Assembly (NCBI GenBank): GCA_900544645.1
Contig: UQWG01000002.1
Span: 10,715-74,714 of the forward strand
Length of the DNA: 64,000 nt
Direction: 5' to 3'
Source of the DNA: an uncultured Collinsella sp.
Lineage (GTDB): Bacteria > Actinomycetota > Coriobacteriia > Coriobacteriales > Coriobacteriaceae
Shown here: positions 1 to 10,126 of the stretch, piece by piece
How positions within the stretch are numbered: the stretch's first letter is position 1
How the letters are laid out: each line of letters begins with the position of its first letter
Notes under the pieces: generated by a model
Told to the model about the DNA's origin: nothing
Seen by the model: only the letters and a program-made list of their open reading frames with translations
Database searches by the model: none
Made by a program: the position numbers and the translations under genes

Positions 1-342
1 AGCGGCCACATGCAGCGCATCCTGAATGGCGGTCGCTCGAGCCGGATCGTCACGCGGAATACCGTACGCCGTGGACACCTGCCCGTAGGCACGAACGTCC
101 TCGGCGACCAGACCCACAAGTTCCTGCGCCAACTCATCCGCCTGGGCAAACGCGCGCGTCAGATCGTCTGCGCGATCGGCAAGCGCAGGGTTTGTCGCCC
201 CATAGCGAGCAACCATCCCGCAAAGCGAGGCGCCCAGTGCACCTACAAAGGCGCTCGCGCTACCGCCGCCGGGAACCGGCTCGCGTGCGGCAAGCGCCTC
301 GGCAAACTCTCGACATGTTTTATCCATCATCTCTTGGCTCAT
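1..342 (-). CDS. Cyclodeaminase/cyclohydrolase (FTCD C-terminal-like) family protein, runs off left edge
   Basis: Not in the ORF track. Manual translation from ATG at 342 gives MSQEMMDKTCREFAEALAAREPVPGGGSASAFVGALGASLCGMVAR; the PxPGGGSASA motif is typical of this family. Confidence 0.8.
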   Translation of the reverse strand, partial: MSQEMMDKTCREFAEALAAREPVPGGGSASAFVGALGASLCGMVARYGATNPALADRADDLTRAFAQADELAQELVGLVAEDVRAYGQVSTAYGIPRDDPARATAIQDALHVAA

Positions 343-503
343 ACGCACGCACCTTCAAGTCATATACATCGGTCGGGTGGCAACCGCCGACCGACCGCAT
401 CAATCACATAATGGTGCTAAGTCTAGCCCATAAGTACATGAGCGTCAGCGCACCTGGCCATCGCGGATTTCTATGACGAACGATAGGCGTCGGCACCGCA
501 AAC

Positions 504-522
504 ATGGGACACATGGCCCACC
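504..522. promoter_or_regulatory. 19-bp imperfect palindrome ATGGGACACATGGCCCACC, copy 1 (operator-like)
   Basis: Exact direct repeat of 712..730; TGGG-N8-CCCA dyad. Confidence 0.5.
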
Positions 523-630
523 TTTCGAGACTTCCGGACGTCAAAAACTGAGGCATATCCATAAACAAGGAACCTGTTGGGGCAACGCCCACGCACGCGC
601 GCCCCATTAAATCAACGGGCACCTCACCCC

Positions 631-665
631 GGGGAGGGCCGACAGCATCGGCCCTCCCCTCTTTT
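631..665 (+). terminator. Intrinsic terminator-like hairpin
   Basis: GGGGAGGGCCGA-cagca-TCGGCCCTCCCC followed by TCTTTT. Confidence 0.65.
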
Positions 666-711
666 GCGACCGCACATATTGCCACTTGTCGGCGCAATTC
701 CAGCCCCCAGA

Positions 712-730
712 ATGGGACACATGGCCCACC
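712..730. promoter_or_regulatory. 19-bp imperfect palindrome, copy 2, upstream of the lipoprotein gene
   Basis: Identical to 504..522; a -10-like TACAGT lies at 750..755. Confidence 0.5.
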
Positions 731-802
731 CTAGCGAGCCGTCCACGCGTACAGTAAAGGCAGGTAATCCATGGACGATTACAGATCGAGGAGGACACGA
801 CC

Positions 803-1396
803 ATGAAAAAGAAGGCCTTTGCGATTCTCACCCTCTGCATCAGTCTCTTTGCCGCGGTTGCCCTGGTGGGTTGCGGCGGCAGCGGCGGCGCTACCGGAAG
901 CGGCGGTGGCGGCGGAGCAGAAAAGCCCGCCGTGGATATGAGGACCGACTTCATTTGGTTTAAGGTCGAGGTCCCCGAGGGCGTCGAGATCACCGACGTC
1001 GCAGGCGACACCGCCGACAGGGCCCAGTTTAAGTTCACCGAGAGCGAGCACGCCAGCGACCGCTTCATCCCCGTCTTCGACTCTGACAAGAACGCCGACG
1101 AGCTGTTCGACTACGAGGCAAAGTGGAAGGCCAACTCCGGATGGACCGAGAGCGATCCCGTTAAGTACAACGGCAAGACCTGGCGCAGTGCCTACTTTAC
1201 GCACTCGGGCGGCGTGACGACCGAGTACTTCACCGACGTTGACGGTGGCAGTGTGTATGTGCGCATCGACAACGTCGAGGAGCACAAGGACGCCGTCGAG
1301 ACCATGATGAAGTCCCTGGAATTTGCCGATGACATCGCCGAGGCCAAGACCGAGGCCATGGACGTCAAGCTCGACGATATCGAGATCAAGCGTTAA
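803..1396 (+). CDS. Hypothetical lipoprotein
   Basis: GAGGAGG RBS; MKKK followed by a hydrophobic stretch, LVGC lipobox and Gly-rich linker. Confidence 0.85.
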   Translation: MKKKAFAILTLCISLFAAVALVGCGGSGGATGSGGGGGAEKPAVDMRTDFIWFKVEVPEGVEITDVAGDTADRAQFKFTESEHASDRFIPVFDSDKNADELFDYEAKWKANSGWTESDPVKYNGKTWRSAYFTHSGGVTTEYFTDVDGGSVYVRIDNVEEHKDAVETMMKSLEFADDIAEAKTEAMDVKLDDIEIKR

Positions 1397-1468
1397 GCGA
1401 CTGGCGAGCGCAGCGGGAAACACGGGCGCAGTGCAAACAAGCGACGGTTCCCCAGCGCTTCGTACCCA

Positions 1469-1500
1469 GGGAGGGCCGGTAAACCGACCCTCCCTTTCTT
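1469..1500 (+). terminator. Intrinsic terminator
   Basis: GGGAGGGCCGGT-aa-ACCGACCCTCCC followed by TTTCTT, downstream of the lipoprotein gene. Confidence 0.65.
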
Positions 1501-1701
1501 ATGCCGGTAGCCAACGAACGCGAGGATGCCGGACGCCGGAACCGCTCCAAATGTAGCAACAGTACGAAAACGACAAACACCCCAACACGTCCGCCCGCCG
1601 ATTTATTGCGCCGCGCAGACAATTAAACCAGCATCTTTAAACATCTGAGCAGTATAGTGACCAAAACTATCGCATAACCGCACCCTACGAATGGAGAAGT
1701 T

Positions 1702-4198
1702 ATGACCGAACACCACGCCATCAGCCGCCGAGCATTTACGTTGGGCCTTGGACTCGCGGCGTTGTCGCCACTTGCAAGCCTGCCCGAAACCGCGGCATTG
1801 GGCATTGGCCCACGAGCGGCATTTGCAGACGACGCTGCCACAGCGTCGGTCAGCCTCGACAATTTCGTCATTCGCCTTCGCCCCGCGGGCTATTTTCGCA
1901 CCGCGAGCGTCAACGAAGACGGCAACGTCATCGGCAACGTCTGCCATCTGTTTAATGACGGCACGTCCAGCAAGCTCATCCTTGAGAACGTAACGACCAA
2001 GAATGACGATACAAACTGGTATGCTATCCGCACCTTGCTCAATTTCGAAGAGCATAAAAAGACGGGCTACAGCATTTGGTCGGTCGATGGCGACTCGGAC
2101 AAAGACGGAAAGGTCATCCACGTATGGAGCGGCGAGTATGACAACAAGCCCAGCCGCGCTTTTGCGTTCGAGCGGCAATCAAACGGAACCTATAATCATC
2201 CGAGACCGCACGGTCGAGAAAGAAACCGAGAAAAAAGACATTAAGTACCTGGCAATAGAATCGAACGGCGAAGACCAGGACAACAATAAGATTTGCCATA
2301 AGAATAAGAGTAAGAGCATTCCGTGGGAGCTCGAGCTTGTCGGTTACGACATGAAAAAGAACGATGCCACGGTTAGCAGCCTCGACTGGATCACGTATAG
2401 CAGCTACGTCGACGGACCATGTTGGATGAAATACGTCGACGACAACAAGTTCCTCGACGAGCTGAGCATCCCGGGTACGCACGATTCGGGCACCTGCAGC
2501 GTGGACAACGACACTGAGCCCCAATCCTCGCAAGTAAAATGCCAGCAGGATTACATTCCCACGCAGTTGCTCGAAGGCATTCGCTATTTTGATATCCGGC
2601 TCGGAAAGGGCGACAACCCCGGTATCGACCACGGGGATTACTACCTGCTCAAAAAAGACGCGTACTTTTTGCATCTTTCCGATGTCATAGGCTACTTCAA
2701 AACGTTTTTGAACGAAAACCCGACAGAAGCGCTCATCATGCTTGTATCACGAAGCAACGACGAGGCTACCGACGAAAGTGTTACGACGGCTTTCGCCAAG
2801 GTTTTGGACGACAACCCCAAACTGTTCTATACGTCGAGCCGCGTTCCCACACTGGGCGAGGTGCGCGGAAAGATCGTCCTGCTACGTCGATTTGGACTCG
2901 ACGGCGACAGCGTAAGCGGCCACACGTGGGGACTCGACCTCACCGAATGGGATAACAAAATCGCAGCGCACACCGACAGCAGTTCCATGTGCCTCGTCCA
3001 AGACGCGCAGGGCTTTGAAGCCGCGGGGGAAACAGGCGACAAAGAGCCCTATTGCACCAAGGTATACGCCCAGGACAAGTACAAACTCACGGGAACCGAC
3101 AAGCTCAGCTGGGTCGATAATGCGCTGAAGGAAACGACCGGGCGCACGCGCAACGAGGTAGATGTCGAGGACGATAACGGGGCCAAGGAGAAAGTCCTGG
3201 AGCGTTGCTGGTCTATCAACTACACCAGCTGCACGGGCTTGTCGCACGGAGGCAATCCTTTTACCTCGGCACGAGTAGTCAACGAGCATCTGTATAAGAG
3301 CCCGTACATCAATCCCAGCGGCATCGAGGATACAAAGTCAGATTACCTCAAGCACATTGGCATCATCGCATCCGACTTTGTTGATGCGGCGCTGGCCCGG
3401 AGCATCTACCAGCGCAATTACGATACGGAGCACAAGCAGACGGCTTCGTACTATCTCCCGTACTATCTCCCGACCCGCATGCGCATGACGTACGGCGACT
3501 CGCTGAGCGATGCCTCATTCCAGGATGGCAAGACCGTTGGCGAGGGCCGTTTCCGCCTCGTTAACAGCAGCAACGTACTCAACGTGGCCGCTTCTGGCAG
3601 CGCGTTTGCCATCGAATACGTGGATGTCGACGCCCTGGGCAACGAGACCGCTACAGGACTGCAGGGCTTCGTGCCCATCGATATCGATCCGCTCGCGCTG
3701 ACGCCCCATTTTGAGGGACTCGAAGGCCTTAAGGCCGGCGAAGACGTGCGCGCCAAGATTGCGGCATCACTCGAGGGCAAGCTCGAAACCGACGCCTGCA
3801 CCGCCCAGCTCGAGTTTGTGCACGACGCGGACGGCGCTCCGGGCACGGCAATGGCCGAGGGCGAGGCATTTGCCGCGGGGACGTATTGGGTGCGTGCGAA
3901 AGGTCTGTTGGGCGACGCGGCGCAGAACTACACGCTCGCCAGCGACGGAGCCGCAAACTTTACCGTAGCGGCCTCGGACAGTGCAGGCGGCACCGGCAGC
4001 GGCACGGGTTCCAGCGCAGGCAGCGCTGATAAGAATGGTAAGGGCAACAAGGGCAAGGGCTCGGGCGGAAAACTCGCCGACACGGGCGACGGCTCCGGCA
4101 TTGCCGCCGGGCTCGCCGCTGCCGCCATGGCGACAACGGTCGCCGGCGCGGCGATGCTTGCCAATGACCGCGAAAACGTTGGGGACGACAGCGAATAG
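1702..4198 (+). pseudogene. Frameshifted cell-wall-anchored phosphatidylinositol-specific phospholipase C (Tat signal, PI-PLC X domain, sortase-type anchor)
   Basis: ORF 1702..2244 starts with a Tat-like SRRAFTLGLGLAAL. ORF 2003..4198 has SIPGTHDS, GIRYFDIR and DHG PI-PLC motifs plus C-terminal LADTG and a hydrophobic tail. Removing one A at ~2194 (TAT-A-ATC-ATC) joins them as ...QSNGTYIIRDR... Confidence 0.75.
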
Positions 4199-4293
4199 GC
4201 AAGCCCGCCTTTTAGACACATCGACTCAATTGGGGGGGCGCAGAATACCGTTCTGCGCCCCGATTTTTACCTTAGCCCGAACACCGTTATCGG

Positions 4294-4563
4294 CTACATC
4301 ACCATGTTCAGCGCATTCACGAACTCCTGAGCTTGGGAGCGGCTGCTCAGACTAAAGACACAGGCAGTCAACAGCCTGTTACGTAGGAAAACGTCGCGGC
4401 CCTTGATCCTGCTGACCCCCGTAATGTCCTTAAGATAAACAATCTCGGTGTGCTTGCCACCAAAAGTGCCCTTCTTGAGCACCTCGATGCGGTTAAGGTA
4501 GATCTTGACGTCTTTAAACCTACCCGAACCTTTGTCCTGGAACAGCAGCGTGTTGTTGTCCAT
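4294..4563 (-). CDS. Small hypothetical protein, possibly bacterial PH-like fold
   Basis: ATG at 4563 with GGGAG RBS; beta-rich 89-aa sequence ending in an amphipathic helix. Confidence 0.6.
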   Translation of the reverse strand: MDNNTLLFQDKGSGRFKDVKIYLNRIEVLKKGTFGGKHTEIVYLKDITGVSRIKGRDVFLRNRLLTACVFSLSSRSQAQEFVNALNMVM

Positions 4564-4728
4564 ACGCGTCACTCCCGCGGGGTTCGCTAAAACTGCCTCT
4601 ATGGTCACATTTTAACCACCGCAAGGCTCCCATGCGAAGGTGCCAGACAACATAGCAATTCGTGTCCGCGCGAGGCTTTAAACTAAATGCGTTAAAGATG
4701 CATTCCACAAGAGGAAAGTGGGGCGACA

Positions 4729-5781
4729 GTGATGGGTGAACTAGTAAACCGTGGAGAATCGGCAATCGTGCCCGAAGGTTTTTACAAGCAGGTCTCGTCG
4801 ATTCTCAACGCCGCTCGCGACAAGGCCTATACCGCCGTTAACTTTGCAATGGTTGAGGCATATTGGGAGATCGGCAAGAGTATTGTAGATGAACAGGGCG
4901 GAGAGGAGCGCGCAGCATATGGAGAGGCATTGATTGCAGGCCTCTCCAGAAGGCTTACCGCGGATTTCGGAAGAGGCTTTGGCATCGCAAACCTTCGCAA
5001 TATGCGTCAGTTCTTTCTTGCGTTTCCAATTCGCGACGCACTGCGTAGCGAATTGAGCTGGACTCATTACCGCAGGTTGATGCGCATTTCCGACCCTGAT
5101 GCTCGCACCTGGTACATGAACGAATGCGCCGATTCTCGTTGGAGCACGCGTCAGCTCGAACGCCAGATCAACACCATGTTCCGCGAGCGCCTACTTGCCA
5201 GCAAGGACAAGAAGGCCGTCACCCAGGAAATCCAAAAGAGCGCCCCGGCTCGTCGCCCCGAGGATATCATCCGCGACCCATATGTACTGGAGTTTTTAGG
5301 TTTCTCGGACGATACTGCGTTTCGCGAGAGCGATCTAGAGCAGGCGCTCATCACGCATCTTCAGAAGTTCCTGCTGGAGCTTGGCCGTGGTTTCGCTTTC
5401 GAGGCGCGCCAAAAGCGCATCACCTTTGATGGACGCCATTTCTATATTGACCTTGTTTTTTACAACTATCTGATGCGCTGCTTCGTGCTCATCGACCTTA
5501 AGACGGACGACCTTACGCATCAGGACCTGGGCCAGATGCAAATGTATGTGAACTACTACACGCGCGAGCTCATGAACGAAGGCGACAATCCGCCCATAGG
5601 CATCGTGCTCTGCGCGGACAAAAGCGATTCGATTGTCGAGTACACGCTGCCCGAAGACAACGACCAAGTGTTTGCCGCCAAATACCTGCCGTATCTTCCA
5701 AGCAAGGAAGAGCTGGCGCGCGAGCTGAGTGCCGAGTACCGCGCCATCAACGAAGCGACTAATGGCGAAGCGCAAGGGTAG
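4729..5781 (+). CDS. YhcG/DUF1016 family PD-(D/E)XK nuclease-domain protein
   Basis: YWEIG, NLRNMRQF, LSWTHY, DPYVLEFL, FLLELGRGFAF, YIDLVFY..LIDLK and GQMQMYVNYY motifs. Confidence 0.92.
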   Translation: MMGELVNRGESAIVPEGFYKQVSSILNAARDKAYTAVNFAMVEAYWEIGKSIVDEQGGEERAAYGEALIAGLSRRLTADFGRGFGIANLRNMRQFFLAFPIRDALRSELSWTHYRRLMRISDPDARTWYMNECADSRWSTRQLERQINTMFRERLLASKDKKAVTQEIQKSAPARRPEDIIRDPYVLEFLGFSDDTAFRESDLEQALITHLQKFLLELGRGFAFEARQKRITFDGRHFYIDLVFYNYLMRCFVLIDLKTDDLTHQDLGQMQMYVNYYTRELMNEGDNPPIGIVLCADKSDSIVEYTLPEDNDQVFAAKYLPYLPSKEELARELSAEYRAINEATNGEAQG

Positions 5782-5959
5782 CAGCACGTTGCGACCGAAG
5801 CCACCGCAGCCGTCGCAGGCGCACTCGCGGTTGCGACGCACGCTACGAAACAATACCGGTCATGGACGCCGGCAACGACATTCTAGCCGTGGCTGGCGAG
5901 CGTGACCTGACAGGCAAAGACGCGGCCTTCGTCTGATGTGGGTCCATTGGCTGCCACAG

Positions 5960-5986
5960 AAAAGGGCCGGTTGCAGCCGGCCCTTT
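5960..5986. terminator. Bidirectional terminator-like hairpin
   Basis: AAAAGGGCCGG-ttgcag-CCGGCCCTTT between convergent genes. Confidence 0.55.
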
Positions 5987-6206
5987 AGACGATAATACCT
6001 GCGTTGCCCGCGCTTCCGAAGTGTGACTAGCTGAGGAGCGGGTTCCGCGGCACAACCTGATTTTACCCAGTGAGGAGGCTCTTTTGCAGCCGCTCCACTG
6101 TTTATTTACATCTGGCACCCTCAAACAATCAGACGGCAGCCCGCACTCCTGAGAGCTGCCCCGCACCCCCGGCCATCACCTTACGGCAACAACCGGTGCT
6201 ACTCCC

Positions 6207-7544
6207 CTACTTCCCAAATAGCGCACCCAGCAGACCGCGGCGTTTGGGCTTCTCCTCTCGGTAGGAACCCTCGACGGCGGCTGCAACCTGGCGCGGTTGC
6301 TCGCCGCCTCCACGGCGCACGATCTGGTATAGGAACGGAGATTTAACATATTTGACCTCGACGGGCGTGGCGTGTACGGTGCTCTCACCGGACAGATGCA
6401 GGCTCGGGCTGAGCGGCGCCACGATATGCGTTTCGCGCTTGTCGCTAAACACCACCGCGGCCGCACGACCCGTCTGGCCGTTTACGGCAATGCGCACCTG
6501 CTCGCCATCGCGGCCATCCGTCGCCGGACGATCGACAAAGTAGACCGGCACCATCACCAGGCCATCCTTATGCTTGCGGGCCTTGCGCGCCCAGGTTCGG
6601 ATGCTCTTTTTATTGAGCCCCAGTACGGCCTCGGCATCGTTGCCCGCAACGTCGAGCGCCAACTTATCAATGACCACCTGGTCCTTGGTAGATGCATCGA
6701 CGGAGACGACGCGGAAGTCGCCTTCCTGCATGGCGGGATCGAACGGACCGACCTTGGCAAAGTCCCACGGCTCCAAAATGCCCATGAGGCGAACGTCCAG
6801 GTAGTTTGCCCTGGGGTATGCCCAGTCGAGCACCTCGTAGTACACCAGGGTTTCCTTGCTCAGGCCCTTGCCCGGGAAGCTCGCCATCATGCGCAGGTCC
6901 GCCAGCGCCATGGGGAAATAGAAGAGCATCATGTCGTTTTGGATCGCATCTTCCACGTCGTGCCCGGCAAAGGCATCCGGATACTGGCGCACCAGCTGCA
7001 GCGCGTTGGCACGTGCCTGCTGCGGCGAGATTTCGCAGGGAATACCCTGATCCGGCACATACTCCGCACCCACGCCCATGGTCAGACGCTTGCTAAACGT
7101 CCCCGGCTTGAGCAGGTCCGCAATGCCGATCTTATTGCCGCAGGACGGGCACTCAAACACACGCTGCGTTGACTCGCCCTCAAAGGACGCTCCGCAGAAG
7201 GGGCAAGGAATGCTCACATGCGTGGCCTCTTGGAACTCCTGCGCCGTGCCGCGATCCTCCCACAGCAGATGTTCCAGGACCGACTGATTGCGCCAGTGCG
7301 CATTGAAGAAATACCAGTCCGGGTCCTGCGGGCGCTCGAGTTGCGACACATGCGTGAGCTTGAGCAGTCCATCCACCACCGTCAACGGCGTATGGCGAAT
7401 GCCCAAAGCGCTCTTGGGCTCTCCGGCGTCCGCCTGCCACGGAATGACCGCACCGCAATAAGCGCACTCAAAGCTGCGCTTAGCTTGGTGTGTGTACATA
7501 GGGCCGCCGCAGTTTTGACATTTAATGGCAAACATCTCGTCCAT
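6207..7544 (-). CDS. Double zinc-ribbon hypothetical protein
   Basis: Two pairs of CxxC knuckles (CQNC/CAYC and CPFC/CPSC); VNGQTG motif near the C-terminus; AAGGAGG RBS before ATG 7544. Confidence 0.8.
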   Translation of the reverse strand: MDEMFAIKCQNCGGPMYTHQAKRSFECAYCGAVIPWQADAGEPKSALGIRHTPLTVVDGLLKLTHVSQLERPQDPDWYFFNAHWRNQSVLEHLLWEDRGTAQEFQEATHVSIPCPFCGASFEGESTQRVFECPSCGNKIGIADLLKPGTFSKRLTMGVGAEYVPDQGIPCEISPQQARANALQLVRQYPDAFAGHDVEDAIQNDMMLFYFPMALADLRMMASFPGKGLSKETLVYYEVLDWAYPRANYLDVRLMGILEPWDFAKVGPFDPAMQEGDFRVVSVDASTKDQVVIDKLALDVAGNDAEAVLGLNKKSIRTWARKARKHKDGLVMVPVYFVDRPATDGRDGEQVRIAVNGQTGRAAAVVFSDKRETHIVAPLSPSLHLSGESTVHATPVEVKYVKSPFLYQIVRRGGGEQPRQVAAAVEGSYREEKPKRRGLLGALFGK

Positions 7545-7762
7545 GGAAACGTCCTCCTTTGCACAGGGGCTGTCGGCATTAAGTATGTCGATCAAACAGG
7601 CACATGCCCATACCCATGTGGCCCAAAATGGACCACCCAGGCAGACGAGAAGGCTCGCTCGTTAGCACCGGCAGACTATTGCTGCATTTTCTGAGCATCG
7701 GTGCACGGCGCCCCCGCGCGAGCTACACTATCCCCTTAAACATGATTGTGAGGACGACCGCT

Positions 7763-8944
7763 ATGGTATTTGTAAATCGGCTGGTACATACGCTTGTTCC
7801 CGGCAGCGAGGACGAGCCGGTCGATGCATCTTGCCGCACCAACGCGGGTTTTACCGCAAGCCTCATCTGCATTGGACTCAACATCACCCTGTGCCTGGCC
7901 AAGGGCATCGCGGGCCTGCTCGCCGGCTCCGTCTCCCTCATCGCCGACGCTTTCAACAACCTCTCCGATGCCTCGAGCAACATCGTGAGCCTGCTCGGGT
8001 TCCGCCTTGCCAGCCGCCCGGCAGACGAAGGCCACCCCTATGGTCACGGCCGCTATGAGTACCTAGCCGGCCTGTTCGTCGCCGTCCTGGTTTGCGCCGT
8101 CGGCATCAACCTGATCCTCGAGTCGGTCACCAAGATCATCAAGCCTTCCCCCACCGCTTACACGTTCATTTCCCTTGCGGCACTGGCTACGTCCATGCTC
8201 GTAAAGCTCTGGATGGCCGCGTTCAACCGCACGCTGGGTAACCGCATCGATTCCGAAACGCTCATCGCCACGGCGCAGGACTCCAAAAACGACGTCATCA
8301 CCTCGGGCTCGGTCTTGGTGGCGGCGCTTATTTCGCAGACGACCGGCTTTGACCTCGATGGCTGGGCAGGCCTGGGTGTGGGCATCTTCATCTGCATCAG
8401 CGGCATGGGCCTAGTGCGCGACGCCATCAGCCCATTGCTGGGGCAAGCGCCCGACCCCAAGCTCGTCCAGGCAATCCGCGATAAGATCATGTCCTATCCG
8501 CAGGTCTTGGGCACACACGACCTGATGGTGCACGACTACGGCCCCGGTCGTCAGTTTGCCAGCGCCCACGTGGAGATGCCCGGCGAGGGCGACGCATTTG
8601 AGCACCACGAGATTTTGGACACCATCGAGCACGACATCAAGCGCCAAATGGGCATCGATATCACGCTGCACTGCGACCCCATCGCCACCACCAGCGACGA
8701 CCTGCGCAGCTGGGTCAAGCGCGGCGTCATGCAGATCGATCCCGCGCTCTCCATCCACGACCTGCACGAGCACGACGGGTTCGTTTCGTTTGACCTGGTG
8801 CGTCCCGACGGCTTTGACATATCCGACGAGGAGCTGCTGGAGCTCGTCACGCGCATCGTGCACGAGCGCCGACCCGATGCCTCATGCGTCGTCACGTTTG
8901 ATTCGGGCTTTAGCTCGCCCGAGCGTCCGGCCGAGCAGTTGTAG
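7763..8944 (+). CDS. Cation diffusion facilitator (CDF) family transporter
   Basis: SVSLIADAFNNLSD, HPYGHGRYEY and HDLMVHDYGP motifs; start codon uncertain. Confidence 0.92.
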   Translation: MVFVNRLVHTLVPGSEDEPVDASCRTNAGFTASLICIGLNITLCLAKGIAGLLAGSVSLIADAFNNLSDASSNIVSLLGFRLASRPADEGHPYGHGRYEYLAGLFVAVLVCAVGINLILESVTKIIKPSPTAYTFISLAALATSMLVKLWMAAFNRTLGNRIDSETLIATAQDSKNDVITSGSVLVAALISQTTGFDLDGWAGLGVGIFICISGMGLVRDAISPLLGQAPDPKLVQAIRDKIMSYPQVLGTHDLMVHDYGPGRQFASAHVEMPGEGDAFEHHEILDTIEHDIKRQMGIDITLHCDPIATTSDDLRSWVKRGVMQIDPALSIHDLHEHDGFVSFDLVRPDGFDISDEELLELVTRIVHERRPDASCVVTFDSGFSSPERPAEQL

Positions 8945-8956
8945 CCTGCTTAACAG

Positions 8957-9946
8957 CTAGTTTCCCTGCGCGCCCGAGATGCCGTTTTGCAGTGCGTTCC
9001 AGGCATCCATCGCCATGCCGCCCAAGTTCTGCGCGGTATCGCCCAGGTTTTGCGCCGTATCGCCCAGCTCTTGCGCCTTGTCTCCCAACTCCTGCGCCTT
9101 GTTGCTCAAGTCCTCCAGCGTATTGGAGCTCGAGCTATCGGTACCGCTTTGTCCGTCGGACGAGTTGCCTGAGCTGTTCTTGTGCGTGAGCTGAATTTCG
9201 AGGTTGCCGCTGTCGTTATAGTAGGCAGAAGTAACGACCCAGTTGGCATCGACGACGGGCGTTGAGCCATCATCAGTCAGGACCACGGCATTCGAAAGAT
9301 CGGCGCCGCGCGACTTGAGGATCTTCTTGGCGTTGGACCAGTACTGCCCCGGGATATCGCTCAGATCGACGGTGCCAGACAAGGCGGACTCGGTTTGCTC
9401 GGCAGTGGTATCGGCCGTTGAACTCCCCCGCTTGTTGAGCATGCCCGACACGATGGCAAACACAACCGACAGCGCAAAGAAGATCGCCAGCACGATGAGG
9501 ATCTTCTTGATCATGCTCGACGAACGCGACGGCTTCTTCTCCTCGTCCTCGCCATATTGCGGAATCGACTTGGGGTACTCGCGATACGGCTCGCGCGACT
9601 CGTAGCGAGGCTGCGCCGTGCGAGGCAAATACGTCGTCTGCTGAGGCTGCGGAATGGGATTCTGCGGCAGGCTGTCATAGGAATTCGGCGTCGAGGCAGC
9701 ATAAGAATCCTGCGGCGCGTAATCAAACGGATCCGGAGCTGCGTTGCCATAGGGGCCTTGCGAAGATGCAGCGTAAGAATCCTGCGCCGTGTCGCCATAG
9801 CCCATAACCCGGGTGGGCCCGGCAGAAGGCTGCGTCGCGGCGGGGTCGACATAACCGGGGTTGGGAACAACGCGGGTCGCATCGGCGCTATCGCCAGCCT
9901 GCGCGGAACCGTAGCCGCCCATCACGGTTGTCTTGTCCTGATCCAT
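8957..9946 (-). CDS. Hypothetical membrane protein with Pro/Gln/Tyr-rich N-terminus, one TM helix and a PASTA-like extracellular region
   Basis: Low-complexity N-terminus, TM segment ILIVLAIFFALSVVFAIV, and C-terminal 7-aa repeats (KAQELGD/TAQNLGD). Confidence 0.75.
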   Translation of the reverse strand: MDQDKTTVMGGYGSAQAGDSADATRVVPNPGYVDPAATQPSAGPTRVMGYGDTAQDSYAASSQGPYGNAAPDPFDYAPQDSYAASTPNSYDSLPQNPIPQPQQTTYLPRTAQPRYESREPYREYPKSIPQYGEDEEKKPSRSSSMIKKILIVLAIFFALSVVFAIVSGMLNKRGSSTADTTAEQTESALSGTVDLSDIPGQYWSNAKKILKSRGADLSNAVVLTDDGSTPVVDANWVVTSAYYNDSGNLEIQLTHKNSSGNSSDGQSGTDSSSSNTLEDLSNKAQELGDKAQELGDTAQNLGDTAQNLGGMAMDAWNALQNGISGAQGN

Positions 9947-10065
9947 GCAACGATTCCTTTCCGTCGCGCGTGAGCATCAAGTTATCCATGCATTCTACCC
10001 GCGCAAAAGCCTATGATGGGCAGAGCCCGTCGGTATCTACAAGACATGCGCGGGCCTTGGGATCA

Positions 10066-10101
10066 AAAAGCCCCGCCGGGCCTTGGTAGGCACGGCGGGG
10101 C
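10066..10101 (-). terminator. Terminator after fhs
   Basis: GCCCCGCCG...CGGCGGGGC stem followed by a T-run on the minus strand. Confidence 0.6.
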
Positions 10102-10126
10102 GGGCAAGCAGCTATGAGCAGCAGGC

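Noticed and set aside
6135..6162. Glycine riboswitch (CTCTCAGG on the minus strand)
   Set aside because: Other conserved elements (GGAGA, CCGAAG) are not placed appropriately and no gene lies downstream on that strand.
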